Assembly: GCA_010909165.1 (NCBI GenBank)
Contig: VJWM01000118.1
Span: 832,470-896,469, forward strand
Reading direction: 5' to 3'
Length of the DNA stretch: 64,000 nt
Origin: Anthoceros angustus
Taxonomy: Eukaryota > Plantae > Anthocerotophyta
The notes under the pieces are model-generated. The model was not told the DNA's origin, ran no database searches, and saw only the letters and a program-made list of their open reading frames with translations. Position 1 is the stretch's first letter. Each line of letters opens with the position of its first letter. This document shows, one piece after another, positions 24,786 to 37,479 of the stretch. The translations under genes and the position numbers were made by a program.

Positions 24786-27700
24786 ATGGGAGGGGGTTCG
24801 ACTGGCTGGCAGCAGCCAGAACAAGGCTTGCCCGTTTACGACCAGCCAGGCATGGCTGTCATCGACGAACCACCTCGATTTCTTTACCCCCTCTCGGGGG
24901 GTGACGTTTGCCCGAATGAGGACTTCGTTGAAGCCTTCGATGATACTATGATTGGGGGTGAGGAGCTCGCTGTAAGTTCTGGAACGGCGGATGTCGTCAT
25001 GATCCAGCTTGGGGATGCCGCTCGGCGCATCCTGGAAGAAGAAAGGGCCGTGGATGTTCTCGGCAGCCCTGAGAAGCTACTTACTCATCTGACCAAGGGA
25101 GGCAGCTACACAGGAGGTAGCACAGTTGTCCACAAGCTCATGCATGTCACCTCTGACAAGCTTGACTTAAGCTTTGTGGAGAAGGTGATCATACCTGCTC
25201 ATGAGATCCGGAATCTCTGCAATGCTATATCACCATCCGCCGCTTCACTTCGTGATGGCAGGAGCCAGTTGGACTTTGAGCTCCTAAACAAGACCGCTAT
25301 GCATGTGGTTGGTCTGTATGGGAGCAAACGAGTGCTCATTGACATCTTCAGTAGGCTGGGCTTCTCTTGCGTTGTTACTCTGTTGAAGGCAGAACAGCTG
25401 GAAGCTGGTATCTATGGCTTCCAAAACGAAAAGATTTTTTACGTATTTTACTGGCATCTTGGGCAGCGAATGGACGAGGCTTCGAGAAAGAATGTTTCTT
25501 GTAATTTCATTCGCTATGTTATGGACCTAACTGGAACAATTTATCTTTGTCTGGATGGCAAGGATATGGAGGCCTCCTTAGAGACTGGCGGCCATTCAGG
25601 CGCTGCTACAAGAAAGCAACGAACTCAGAGGCTCCAAATTTCTGTGATAAAGAAGTCGGAGAACGACTTGAATATGAGTAAAGGGTTTCACATAAATCCT
25701 TCCAACGTACTCGGTGACGGATGGTTGCCGGGGGCACAGACTGTAGGCAGAATTGATTTGAGGCCCAGGCTTTCTAGTTCTCTTCACCGTTGTGCCGTTG
25801 TCACAGCAACACGTTGCCTTCCTCGTGCCGTCCACCACGAGCAGTCTAAAAGACTGGGGTGAAGAACTCAGAGCTAGTCCGGGGATGGTCAAGCAAGTAT
25901 AATGTTGATGTGATGCAGTTATCCGATGCACACTTGATTCACTTAGTGGAATATGGTGATCTGGAAGGAAGTAATGGCTATAGGTCATTGATAGAAGATG
26001 TCAACCTCAAAAGAGAAGCTCACCGACAGAAGTTCTGGAAGATGGAAGAGTTGTTAACAACAGAGGAAGGCAAAGTTCTAAGCATTTTCGAAAGAGCTCA
26101 GCAGGCCTATCTCGAACTGTCTCATCCTTGGGAGGAGTCGTTTCTTAGAAACACTGCTTCATCCTCCCCAGTCGACCAAGGGCAGAAGTGTACCCCAGGT
26201 ACTGCAGAACAAGGTGAGTCGCAAAGCACCTCCAGCAAAGCGTCTCCAGACAGCCAGCTGCTCGACGCACACATTGCGTTGTCCGAACTGTGGACCAGAG
26301 AAAGTGGCACCCCAGGTTCGGCTCCTGCATCGTTGATCCTTGTTGGTTCTAAAATCAGTATACATCTACAAAACCGCAACGTTATGACAATCGGAGGCGT
26401 GATGGAGTTTGAGATTGGAAGTCCCAACTCAAAACACGGCCCTATACTGTATGGGGAGGAGTTTGCACTCAAAGGCTCCAGTGCATCCATTTCAGGAGTG
26501 TTTATTGCGTATTCTGTGGATGGCGTTTGCCCGACCGGGCCGGTGCTGTCATCCCAATATGTCAGAATCAAAGTCAAGGGTAACACTCCAGTCTCTGCAT
26601 TTTTTGAGGAAATGCAAAAGACACAGAGGTTGGAGCTCGTCTTGCGAACGGCCTCACCAAAAGGAATGCATGACTGGATGGCGTCATATGGGACACCGGT
26701 ATTTCCCAGCCTGGACAAGAGAGTGGTGGACCTGGCCTTCGTGATCGGCAATCCGGTTTTCTTTGGTCCGCAAGTTTCTCGGGAGACTCACTCAAATGTC
26801 CTCCGCCTCTCCAAGTCCAATGACGCCTTGCTTCATTTCCAGAAGAACTTTTCCGAAGAGAATCTGCACGCGCTGCTTTCGAAAGCAAAACAAGCCCAAC
26901 CGGACTATTCTTCTGAACGCAGGCAGGATTATCTCCGCAACCTTGACTCATCTCGAAGAGCAGAGCTGATTGCAGTTTGCAGAAAGGTGTATGAAGAAGC
27001 CTGCTCGCAGTTCTCGAAGAGAATAACTTGCATGGTAAAGAAGTTCTTTACTCCATGATAAAGCAGAGGATGGAACTGGAGAGGATTGTTGGATCTGCTT
27101 CACTGGAGACGAATTTTGAGACAGCACGCACTGAGTTTCTCAAGGACTTGCGTAGCCGCCTCTCAAGTGGAAAGCTTCCAGATATGCGCACCCTGGCAGT
27201 CACAAGTTGCACCTTGCATAGCAAACGGTGGTACCAGGCTCGTACGCATTCGGGGAACGAGGAAATTGAATTGCATTTCGTCACCGAGGAAGTGGAAAGT
27301 GAGCGAGTTTCATGGAGGATGGCTGAGCTGACCCCAATGAAGAAAGACCTGGATGCTTTGTTGCAGAAGGAAACGCATCTTGTCGTTCCTGGGTGCTCGA
27401 CGAATTACAAGCTAATTGACGTGGATCCCAAGTTTGAGAGACTATCCTTGGTATTTCCTATGAAGTCGGGCGAAGTATTTGTGTTTGTGGAAGACGACAG
27501 CCAATCCTCGATCCGACTCTACCTGCTTCCCAAGCTGGGTCCAGAGATACAAGCCTCAAACCCGATCAAGACGTTCGGGAGAGGCCGGGACATTGTGGCA
27601 GTGGATGAAGCAGCGAGGCTTGTAGCTTTCTATGACAAGACTCTGTGCAAAATCAGCATCTTCCGATTTGATGAGAGCTTTCGGCATTTTGAATGGGGTG

Positions 27701-30700
27701 GTGTTGAAATCCTGCTTTCAGATTATGCCGGCAGCAGGACGTTAAGGTCCATGATGTTCATACCTGGGAAGCGAGAGATTCTTCTGGTTGACAGCGACCT
27801 TAAAGTGCGCGCATGTGAGATAAGCCAGCCAGCGATGATGAGGCCGAGACACATTTTGCTGCCAGGTCCCGACCACAAGATGTGTATTAGCCCGGATGGG
27901 TCGTGCCTCCTTGTGTTCTATAGCTCAGGCTAGTCCTTCCAGTGCTGGGAAGGAGGACGTGCTGGATGATTGCGAGATTGAATGTGAAAGTGACAGTCAG
28001 GAAGCTAGGAGTGCAATGACGACAAGGTGCTGAAGCTTGACGTCTATCTCCTTGATGGGACGATGTCTCTTTTGAAGACGTTGAAGGTGAGCGACATCTC
28101 CGGTGATGTTCAAAGTATTGATGTGAGTACAGTCGCATTTGGGTCGCAGAGTCATCTGGTCCTTATCGACACATTACGACCGGACAGAGGGATCTGTTCA
28201 CAGCGCCTGGACGTGACGTCGGCCTCTGAGGTCTGCCAGCTCCAGGCGCTGAGCAAAACTGGTAACAAAGACGACGTTGGAAGTAAGACCGAGGTGCAGA
28301 AGAATGTAAGCTGTCCATCTTTGGAGTATGTGCACCATGCCTTTGACAAGTACGCTGTCAGTCCTCCATTGATCTCTGGAGAAAGGGAACTTTGTGTACA
28401 TGTTGTCTTGGAGGGCGAGCCGCAACCGAAGGCGGTCCAGTTCAAAGAAATGAGCACTCGCTACCTTGAGTCCTGTATCGAGAAGCTTAAACGCGACAAG
28501 GGGAAGAGCTTCTCCAATTTGAGTGTATCATTCGCATCAGACTTTGTAGGCAAGTACATTTTCAAGCAGACCCTTCTTGGGACCAGGAGCCGAGGAACTG
28601 TGTCTCTATGGGAGATTGGGTGCGCCTTCTGGTGTCCCTGGTTCCTGTCCAGATAGCTCGAGCAGAGAATAATGGGTTGGAAGCCTCTTATCGACGGCCT
28701 GCAAATCTCATCGAACCTGAATTATGCTGACGCAGTGGGACTCGCAGAAGCATTACGGTTTGGTTTCTACGATTCAGTGCTAACACAGTGGAAGGGCCCT
28801 ATCAAGGTCATATCCTCCATGGGTAAGCAGAGCAGCGGGAAGTCGTATCTCCTGAACCACCTTAGTGGGTCCTTGCTGGATGTTGCTGGAGGAAGATGCA
28901 CTGACGGGGTTTGGATGACCATGCGTGCTTCCAAGAGCTGCCTGTATGTGTTACTGGATTTTGAGGGCTTGGGGAGCTTTGAAAGGAGCGAGCAAGAGGA
29001 CATGTTGCTCTCCATTCTGAATGCGGCAATGAGTAACATAACGATTTTCAACAAGAAGGTAACACATTCTGTAGGTCAGAACCCATGAATTCATAGGACT
29101 TGCCTTGTGGTTGCAAGACGGAGAACTGACACTGCTTAACGTCATGATCGCAGGACTTTCATTTGGACAAGGAAACCGAGTCCGTCTTTGAGCGTTTCCA
29201 AAATGGTGTAAGCATTATTAAGGAAGACAGTCGGCTTTTCAAGGCCTGTTCTACATGGCCATCAAGGATGTGGACACAGCTGATATCGAGGACCTGAAAG
29301 CAGAGTTCTATACAAAGATTCAGCAGATATGCAGCAAGTCCCAGGACAATTTCCTGACGAAGATGTATGGTGGCGTGGTGGAGGTTGCAGCTATGCCTCC
29401 ATTCCAACGCACTGAGTACCATGACAGTGTGGCTGATATTGCTGCAGCAGTGGAAGATATAAAGCCTATCCATCACAGCGGGAAAAGTTTCATGGTGGAC
29501 TTGAAACTTGTCATTGCTCAAATCAGTGCCAGGGACTGGTCTCCCCTTGACACCAAGCGAATAGCTTTAAGACTGGAGCTTCTGAGGAAGCACTTCATGA
29601 CAGCCGTTAACCTTGGTAGGCTAGCAAGTGACTCTGATAATGTGCTGGTGAATTTCGAGACTCAGGAGCCAGTTGCTGAGTCGGCTTTACTGGTTGAGGG
29701 TCGAACCTTCAGCCTTGGTGACACAGGCTTGGAGCTTTCGCCTCGACAGGAAAGCCAGGTGATGGGCGATGTTCTTGAGAACTTGAGGCAACATTTCCAG
29801 AATGGGTACCGGCGGACAGGTGCGGATGACGAGGTTTGGCATTCAACTTATGAGAAGTTCCTCATGGCACTGGCGGATAGAAGGAAGCAGAGAGTTCTAG
29901 ACTGGCTCCGTTGGAACACGTCTGAGTTCCAGGATGATGGAGACGTTCAGAAACTTCTCCTGGAAACGGTTGTTGTCCTGGCAGAACTGAAGCAAAGGCT
30001 CTCGGTGTGCAGCAGTAAGTGCAAGATATGTTTCCTGCGATGTGTTCGGGAGAAATCTCACCCAGCTGGAACGTCGTTCCATTCGTGTTTGGGAGGCCAC
30101 CGCTGTCAAGAGAGTTGCTCTTTCTGCCTTATAGAATGCCCGGAGCAAAAAGGGTTCGCAAACTTTTGCTCGGATCTCAGTGGACACGAAGGTCCACATG
30201 CCTGTAAGCAGAAGAGTCATACATGTGGACAGGATTGCAACTTGCTGCACAGGTCTTCGAATTGCAACGCATCATGCGCATTGAAGCCTGGGCATGCTGG
30301 AGACCATATGTGCAACACCAAACAGCACATCTGTGACCAGGGGTGCTCGCTTTCTGGGTGCAACAACTCATGTGTGATTCCTTTGGATTCAGGGGACCAT
30401 GACCGTCACATATGTCAGGAGCGAATGTGTCCAATGGATTGCAAAATGGAGGGCTGTAACAGGAAGTGCGGGTCGGAAGACCATTTTCACTCCCTTCGTT
30501 CCAATACACACTTATGCGGAAACGAACACACATGCCCTGGGAAATGCGAGTCCCTTGGGATCTGCCAGATTACGACAGAGGTTGTGAAGGTGTCCAAGAC
30601 CTTCAGAGGTAAGAGATCAATTTTTGAGTACGAGCATGTTTCAGAGCAGAATGGGATCAGGAAAGCGTGTTGCATCGCCATTCCCCCCGGACAGGAAACT

Positions 30701-31966
30701 CACTCGGGCGATCATTGTCATACCTCAAATCCGAATGCAGTTCATTTCTGTGAGACAAAGTGCCCAGCATGTGGTTACTTCTGCAATTTACCTATTGGTC
30801 ACGCTGGTGTCCACGACACCACGCATGGAAACATGCGGGATGTCCATTTCGCAGCAGAGTCCGAGCAGATTGACATTGATGACAGAAAATATGAATGGGG
30901 GGAATCTGGAGTTGCAGAAATGTGCAATATGCATTGTAAAGCTCAGGGAAGAGGGCACATTCACCTGATCCCATGTCTTGCTCATGTAAATCCGAAGGGA
31001 CCGTGTGCTGAAGGATTATATGATGGAGCAAGACATCAGACCCAGGAGTATGGTCCAGACAAGGCTGTTGCAAAAGATGAGATGCAGCATGGAGCTTACT
31101 GGAAGCGAATGAGGTTCAAGGACCCGTGCAACGATGAAGATCAGAAGCAGTTCGAGCTCTGCAATCACTTCTGCGGTTCGGATGATCATGTTCCAGCTGC
31201 CACTTCTGTGAAGAATGCCACTCAATCTCGGTCCTTCTGTACAGAGAAATTGTGGCACACTCCAGTTTCAAGGACTGGATCTTCTTCAACCGCAGGCTAT
31301 GTGACAGAAGACGGGCATTCCTTCGCTTGCGACCATCTGAAGAACACTGCGAACCATGTAGTGTTCGTCATAGACAGATCAGGCTCAATGGGTTCTTCTG
31401 ACATCACGCCAACCTTGGCGAAGCTCGCCCAGAGGCTCAACAACCGTCTGGGATGCGTGTATGAAGCCATTGTTCGTTTCATTGTGACTCGCAAGCAAGC
31501 AGGACAGCCAGACGTGGTGTCAGTCATCCTCTTTGACACATCTGGCTCCATTGTGGTGGAACGGCAACCGATATCCGAGCACCTCGTGGACTTGCTGCTG
31601 CTTTACAGAGTAGGAGGAGGGACCACTTACTCAAGCGGACTCACCTTAGCTGAGCAGGTTTTGCAACGGGGCTTGTATGATTCCTCCATGCAAGCCAAGC
31701 ATCCTGCTGTTGTGTTTCTGAGTGATGGTGGAAACAACGGAGGCAGCAACCCTCTATCCATCATCACAAAGATGAAGGATATGGACCACAGACTTGTATT
31801 CCACACAATTCTCTTCGGAAGAGATCATGTGGACCAGGACATCCTTCGGAGAATGGCCAAAGCAGGGGACGGAACCTTTCAGGTCAGTATCGACGAAGTG
31901 CAGCTGGCCAGGAGCTTTGAAGGGCTGGCCAGAAGCTTGCGTACCAAGGTGGCATCTCTGATGTAG
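24786..31966 (+). CDS. Very large (~2,360 aa) protein: unknown N-terminus, propeller-like region, GBP/RHD3-type GTPase, Cys/His-rich repeats, C-terminal VWA domain
   Basis: Consecutive ORFs 24783-25862, 25859-27058, 27028-27933, 28027-28656, 28672-29088 and 29255-31966 join via 1-bp shifts and one GT-AG intron (29059-29153). GTPase motifs G1 GKQSSGKS, G2 RCT and G3 DFEG. VWA MIDAS motif DRSGSM...GGGT...FLSDG. Confidence 0.85.
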
Positions 31967-32847
31967 TGACAACGTGAAGAGAACCGAGGAAGTGGTCCCA
32001 ACCTCGTCATCAAATTTTGGTTGAAATCCGGAGTTGAGCTTAGTTAGCGTAGTTTAGTTTGGGCGTGCAGATGTTGTTTTTTGACTTATGATAATTGACT
32101 TAATACCAGTAACTCCGGATACTTTGTTGCGGTTCTTGCTTCCCTCGCTGTTGGTAAGCGTTGGTAGGCTTCGATTGAGTTGCATTGAAACACAGCACAG
32201 ATTGCCTTCCCACAGCCCAGAGTGAAACGGAACAACAGACAACAGTTCTGGACAGACAGATAGAGATAAGAACAACAGGCTACAGTTCTGGCTGATGATA
32301 ACAACCGACAACAGTACCTGATGAGAACAATGGTGAAGTGATGCCAAACCCTGAAAACCTTGGTCAAGCTTTCCTGTTAGATGGCTCAACCTCGCCCTTA
32401 CCAGCAGGCTGCTAACATGGCGGGTAGCAGGACGAGGGAGGAGGTGACGCTGCCGCTGATGCTGACGCGACGCATATGCGTGCGCGATGGGTACGTGGTT
32501 GATGCTGAGGAAGTCCCGTGGAGGCGCTAGTGCTACCACTGCACTTGTGCGTTTTCAGTCCTCTAACCAGGATTTTCAGTCCTCTAACCAGGATTTTCAG
32601 AGAGTTTCCTGTCCTCAATCTGACCCCGGGTGAGGCATGGGATTATTATCCAAGCTGGGACGTGCGGCTCCGCCGCCACGGACGGCGGCTTCAAGGTTTT
32701 GTCATTTCCCACTTTCATGGCAGGTCGGCTGTGGCCTCTGTTTATTGCTCGGAGGTGATTGGCCTTCGATATTTGGAAGATAAAGAGAGGGCATGGAGCA
32801 CGACCTGCGGGATTCGGATATATATCGTACATACAGGCCTCATCCAC

Positions 32848-35800
32848 GCCTGCGTTCTCAATCCTAAGCAATCAATGCTTCGCGTGTGAAGGCTGGCGTG
32901 GCATGCCATCTCGCCCATCACGATGCTCTCTCATCGTGGTATACTTTAAACGCAACACCATGTACAGGTCCATACATGTGATGTCATGGCCAGATTTTGC
33001 CCAAGACGGCACAACCTCAAGATACGCACTCCACCACAACGAGGTTGTGATGTAAACCAACCATGCTTGATTTTAGAACGCGCGAGAGTATGAATCGAGC
33101 GCTGGTGTCTCAAACTAAAGATGTAAGGTGAGCGATCCGGGAGGACGCGAGGAGGAGGGAGGGCGCGAGGGCGCGAGGACGGGAGGAGGCCAAAAGTAGG
33201 AACGGGAGGGAGGAGGCGCTGGGCCACGGGAGGGAGGGGGGTGGGGAGGCGGAGGCCATGGGAGGTGGGGAGGCGCGGGGGGCCGGGAGGCTGGGAGGCC
33301 GGGAGGCGGGCTGGGCGGCTTCTGGGAGGCCGGGGGGGAGGCCGTGGGCGGGGAGGGGCGTTGGGAGGCGATGTCAGGCCTGAGGGGGGTGGGGGATGTG
33401 GCGGGTTGGGACGCTGTTGTCCATGGCTCTTCGCCACTCAAATTTCGAGTGATGTGTGATCGGCTCCATTCCGGATGGCAAGTTCGGGGTCAAATGCAGT
33501 GGGTGATGATCCGAGTATGGCGATAAACATTGCATCGCTAGTATGTGGGATGCCGCTGGAAGGTGATTTGTCGGAGGAAGTGTTTTTGTAGGTTCATCTT
33601 TGTGGGCCCTAGAAATGATGCGTGTAAAGTTTTGAGGTGCTCAGATAAGTCACAATCGGATGCAGCCCCTGTCACGCCTATCTCGTACTGTGACTCGGTA
33701 AACCCGCCGGTTGGAGTCTTGATGTCTGCTCACCAAAGTGAGGGAGGACAACTAGCAAAGGCGGGGACATCGTGATGGGACGATTTTGAATCAAGTGTTC
33801 GTAGGAAATTGCCATACGAGCCTTCTAGCCATACAGAGCCTTCTAACCATACAAGAGCCTTCATTATTGTACTAATTTGTAAAACATCCTAGTAAAGAAG
33901 TCCGTGCTATAAAGGTCGAAAACCGAACAAATTCCTCGTAACAAATTCTCAGCCCTCGATTGCAAAATTTCTTAGCCCTCGATTGCAAAATTTTTCAGCC
34001 TCGATTGCAAAATTCTTCACCCTTAGCCTAAAGGTGTCACAAAGTAATCACTTTTTCTTCTTCGGTCTTGAGCGTTCTTCAATGCCCTTGAAACGCACTA
34101 ACCGGTTGGTCCGCTATTCGAACAAACTCCTCTAATACTGGTCGCTTGAGGCCTCGCCCACCGAGCAACTTCCTAATACGATGTTGTGCTTGTTCCATTA
34201 TTGCAGACCTCAAACAAAATAGCGAGCTTGGCTTCCACAATGCTTGGAATACCCATACAGATTGCATCCAAGTCTCGACGTCATTTCAGCTTCAACCTCC
34301 AAGCTACCGGTTAATTGGAAGATGTGCGACAAAGATTGCCAGACATTGCCGTTGTATCCTCGAACATGATTATCATGTGATATCTCATTCTCCGTAACAA
34401 GATTTAGGTCGTAATGTTCTTCCTTCTTCTTGTGCCCGAACATAAGATCCATTGGTACACCAAGCAAGGCGCAATAATCGGGAAGTATGTTTAAATATAC
34501 CACATACATTGCACCTTCACAACATGTTTGCAAATGAATCCTTTCCGCCCATCCCACAAGTACTAAATGCCCAAGATTTGGCTTCAACTTAAGGCAAAGA
34601 AAGCATGGAGAGGCCACCAAGCCGTGAAACCCAAATGGTCGTGGAAATTAGTGTAGAGAACTTGGAAGTTGCGTAGCACGATATATGTGATTGCGGTTCA
34701 AGGACGGCACAATTGGTGGTGGTAGTGAATTTTGAGTCTTTGAATCCTTCCGATAGAAACTTGCAGACATTTGAAGCCTTCACCGGAAAATGAAATCTTC
34801 TACTCTATTCCATGGAATGTAGGCAATCTTCAAATCCTTCAAAACCCGCCAAGTTAGATTCTGGTAGAACTGACCAAGCCCTCGAAATTGCACCTTCACG
34901 GACACTCCATGGACGAGCACGCTGCGGCAATGCTTAGTTTAGGTTAATGTGTTTGTCTTTGGGTGCTTGGTTTAGGTTAACTGCTTGTCTTTGGGTGCTT
35001 GGTTTAGGTTAACTGCTTGTCTTTGGGATGGTTTGTTTAAGACACCGCCGCTCATACTCGCACGGTTCTAAAATCAAGCATGGTTGGTTTACATCACAAC
35101 CTCACCACGGTGGGCGGCCTCCCAACCGCCCGGCCCATCCACGGGAGGCCGTGGGAGGCCTTGGGAGGCGAGGAGGTAGGAGGCCTTGGGAGGCCGGTGG
35201 GAGGCCTTGGAGGCATGGGAGGCCTGGCGGCCTGGGAGGCGGGCAGGGAGAGGCTGGCGGGGAGGCGGGGAGGCCGCGGGCGGTTTTGGGAGGCCGGGCG
35301 GGGTGGGGGATGGCGGGTTGGGACGCCGCGGTTGTCCATGGCTCTTCGCCACTCAAATTACGATGAGTGATGTGATCGGCTCCATTCCGGTGGATGGCAA
35401 GTTCGGGGTCAAATGCGAAATGGGTGATGATCCGAGTATGGCATGGCAGTAAACATTGCATCGCTAGTATGTGGGATGCCCGCTGAAGCGTGATTGTTGT
35501 GCGGGAGGAAGTGTTTTTGTAGGTTCATCTTGCAGGGGCCCCTAGAAATGATCGAGTAAAAAGCTTGAGGCAGTTCAGATAAGTCACAATGGAGATGCAC
35601 TTGGCCAGCCCACATTTATCTCGGTACTGTGACTCGGTAAACTGCGGCTGGAGTCTTGATGTCTGCTCACCAAAGTGAGGAGGACAACTAGCAAAGGCGG
35701 GGACATCGTGGATGGGACGTATTTTTGAATCGAAGTGTTCGTGTAGGAAATTGCCACATCGGTAGCCTTCTAGCCACACAAGAGTCCTTCTAACCATACA

Positions 35801-37236
35801 AGAGCCTTCATTATTGTACTAATTTGTAAAACATCCTAGTAAAGAAGTCCGAATACAAGGTCGAAGCAGTCGAACAAATTCCTCGTATTCCTCACTCGAT
35901 TGCAAAATTTCTTAGCCCTCTTGCAAAATTTTTCAGCCCTCGATTGCAAAATTCTTCAGCCCTTAGCCTAAAGGTGTCACAAAGTAATCACTTTTTCTTC
36001 TTCTTGAGCGTTCTTCAATGCCCTTGAAACGCACTAACCTGGTTGGTCCCGCTATCTGGAACAAACTCCTCTAATACCTTATCGCTTGAGGCCTCGTCCA
36101 CAAACACACTTCCCTAATACGATGTTGTGCTTGTTCCATTATTACAGACCTCAAACAAAATAGCGAGCTTGGCTTCCACAATGCTTGGAATACCCATACT
36201 GCATTGCATCCAAGTCTCGGCGTCATTTTGCCTTCAACTCCTCCAAGCTACCGGGTTAATTGAAGATGTGCGGCATGAACAGATTGCCGTTGTATCCCCG
36301 ACATGATTATCATGTGATATCTCATTCTCCGTAACAAGATTTAGGTCGTAATGTTCTTCCTTCTTCTTGTGCCCGAACATAAGATCCATTGGTACACCAA
36401 GCAAGGCGCAATAACTGGAAGTATGTTTAAATATACCACATACCAATTGCACCTTCACAACATGTTTGCAAATGAATCCTTTCTCGCCCATCCCACAAGT
36501 ACTAAATGCCCAAGATTTGGCTTCAACTTAAGGCAAAGCACATGGACAGAGGCCACCAAGCCGTGAAAACCCAAATGGTCGTGAAATTAGTGTAGAGAAC
36601 TTGGAAGTTGCAAAGTACACATATATGTGATTGCAAAGGTTCAAGGACGGCACAATTGGTGGTGGTAGTGAATTTTGAGTCTTTGAATCCTTCCGATAGA
36701 AACTTGCAGCACATTTGAAGCCTTCACCAGAAATGAAATCTTCTACTCTATTCCATGGAATGTAGGCAATCTTCAAATCCTTCAAAACCTCGCCAAGTTA
36801 GATTCTCGGTGCAGAATTGACCAAGCCACAGAAATTGCACCTTGACACACTCCATGGACGGAGACACGCTTAGCGAATGCTTGGTTTAGGTTAATGTGTT
36901 TGTCTTTGGGTGCTTGGTTTAGGTTAACTGTTTGTCTTTGGGTGCTTGGTTTAGGTTAATCTGTTTGTCTTTGGGATGGTTTGTTTAAGACACCCGCCAG
37001 CTCATACTCGCGCACTCGGTTCTAAAATCAAGCATGGTTGGTTTACATCACAACCTCGCTGTGGTGGGTGCGATACTAGGGTTGTGCGTCGGGCAAAATC
37101 TGATGACATCCGTATGGACCCAGACATGGTGTTGCGTTTAAAGTATACCACGATGAGAGCATCGTGATGGGCGAGGCATGGCATGCCACGCCACGCCTTC
37201 ACGCTGAAGCATTGATTGCCGGATTGAGACGCAGCC
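32848..37236 (-). mobile_element. Mutator-like element (MULE), non-autonomous, ~270-bp TIRs, 9-bp TSD CTCATCCAC, internal ~2-kb duplication
   Basis: About 32848-33115 is the reverse complement of about 36975-37236. CTCATCCAC flanks both ends (32839-32847 and 37237-37245). Internal remnants are KIAYIPWNRVEDFISGE and SWIM-like FSTCGWAEKGFICKHVVKV. Blocks 33400-35100 and 35330-37050 are direct copies. Confidence 0.9.
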
Positions 37237-37479
37237 CTCATCCACTATACGCATTTAGGTCGATTGACTGGTGGGACTTGCATGAGCAAGACATTAAATG
37301 TAACCGTGAAATAAGGTAGAAAAGTAAAAATAAAAAACTAAGTTAGTAGTCGCTTGTTAAGAAGATGCATGTGTTGCATGCTTCATGCAATGTCCTCGTT
37401 AGAGAGGAATTGCTACCACAAATGAAGAGCGCCAGAGAGGACTCTTAGTGATCGGGTGGTGTAGAATCCCTAGATTTAA

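Noticed and set aside
24786-29260. Programmed frameshifting, or several separate genes, in the GTPase-VWA locus
   Set aside because: The shifts are mostly 1-bp indels in short homopolymers (for example AAGGCC for AAGGGCC). The same pattern is seen in TYW1, the dioxygenase and sdhA, so sequencing error is simpler.
33115-33460. Pro-rich or Gly/Arg-rich ORFs here and at 35080-35460 and 46000-46680 as real proteins
   Set aside because: They arise in several frames from GC-rich low-complexity repeats inside transposons.
34935-35030. GGTTTAGGTT repeats as interstitial telomere (also at 36880-36975)
   Set aside because: These are three ~33-bp subterminal units of the MULE, not (TTTAGGG)n arrays.
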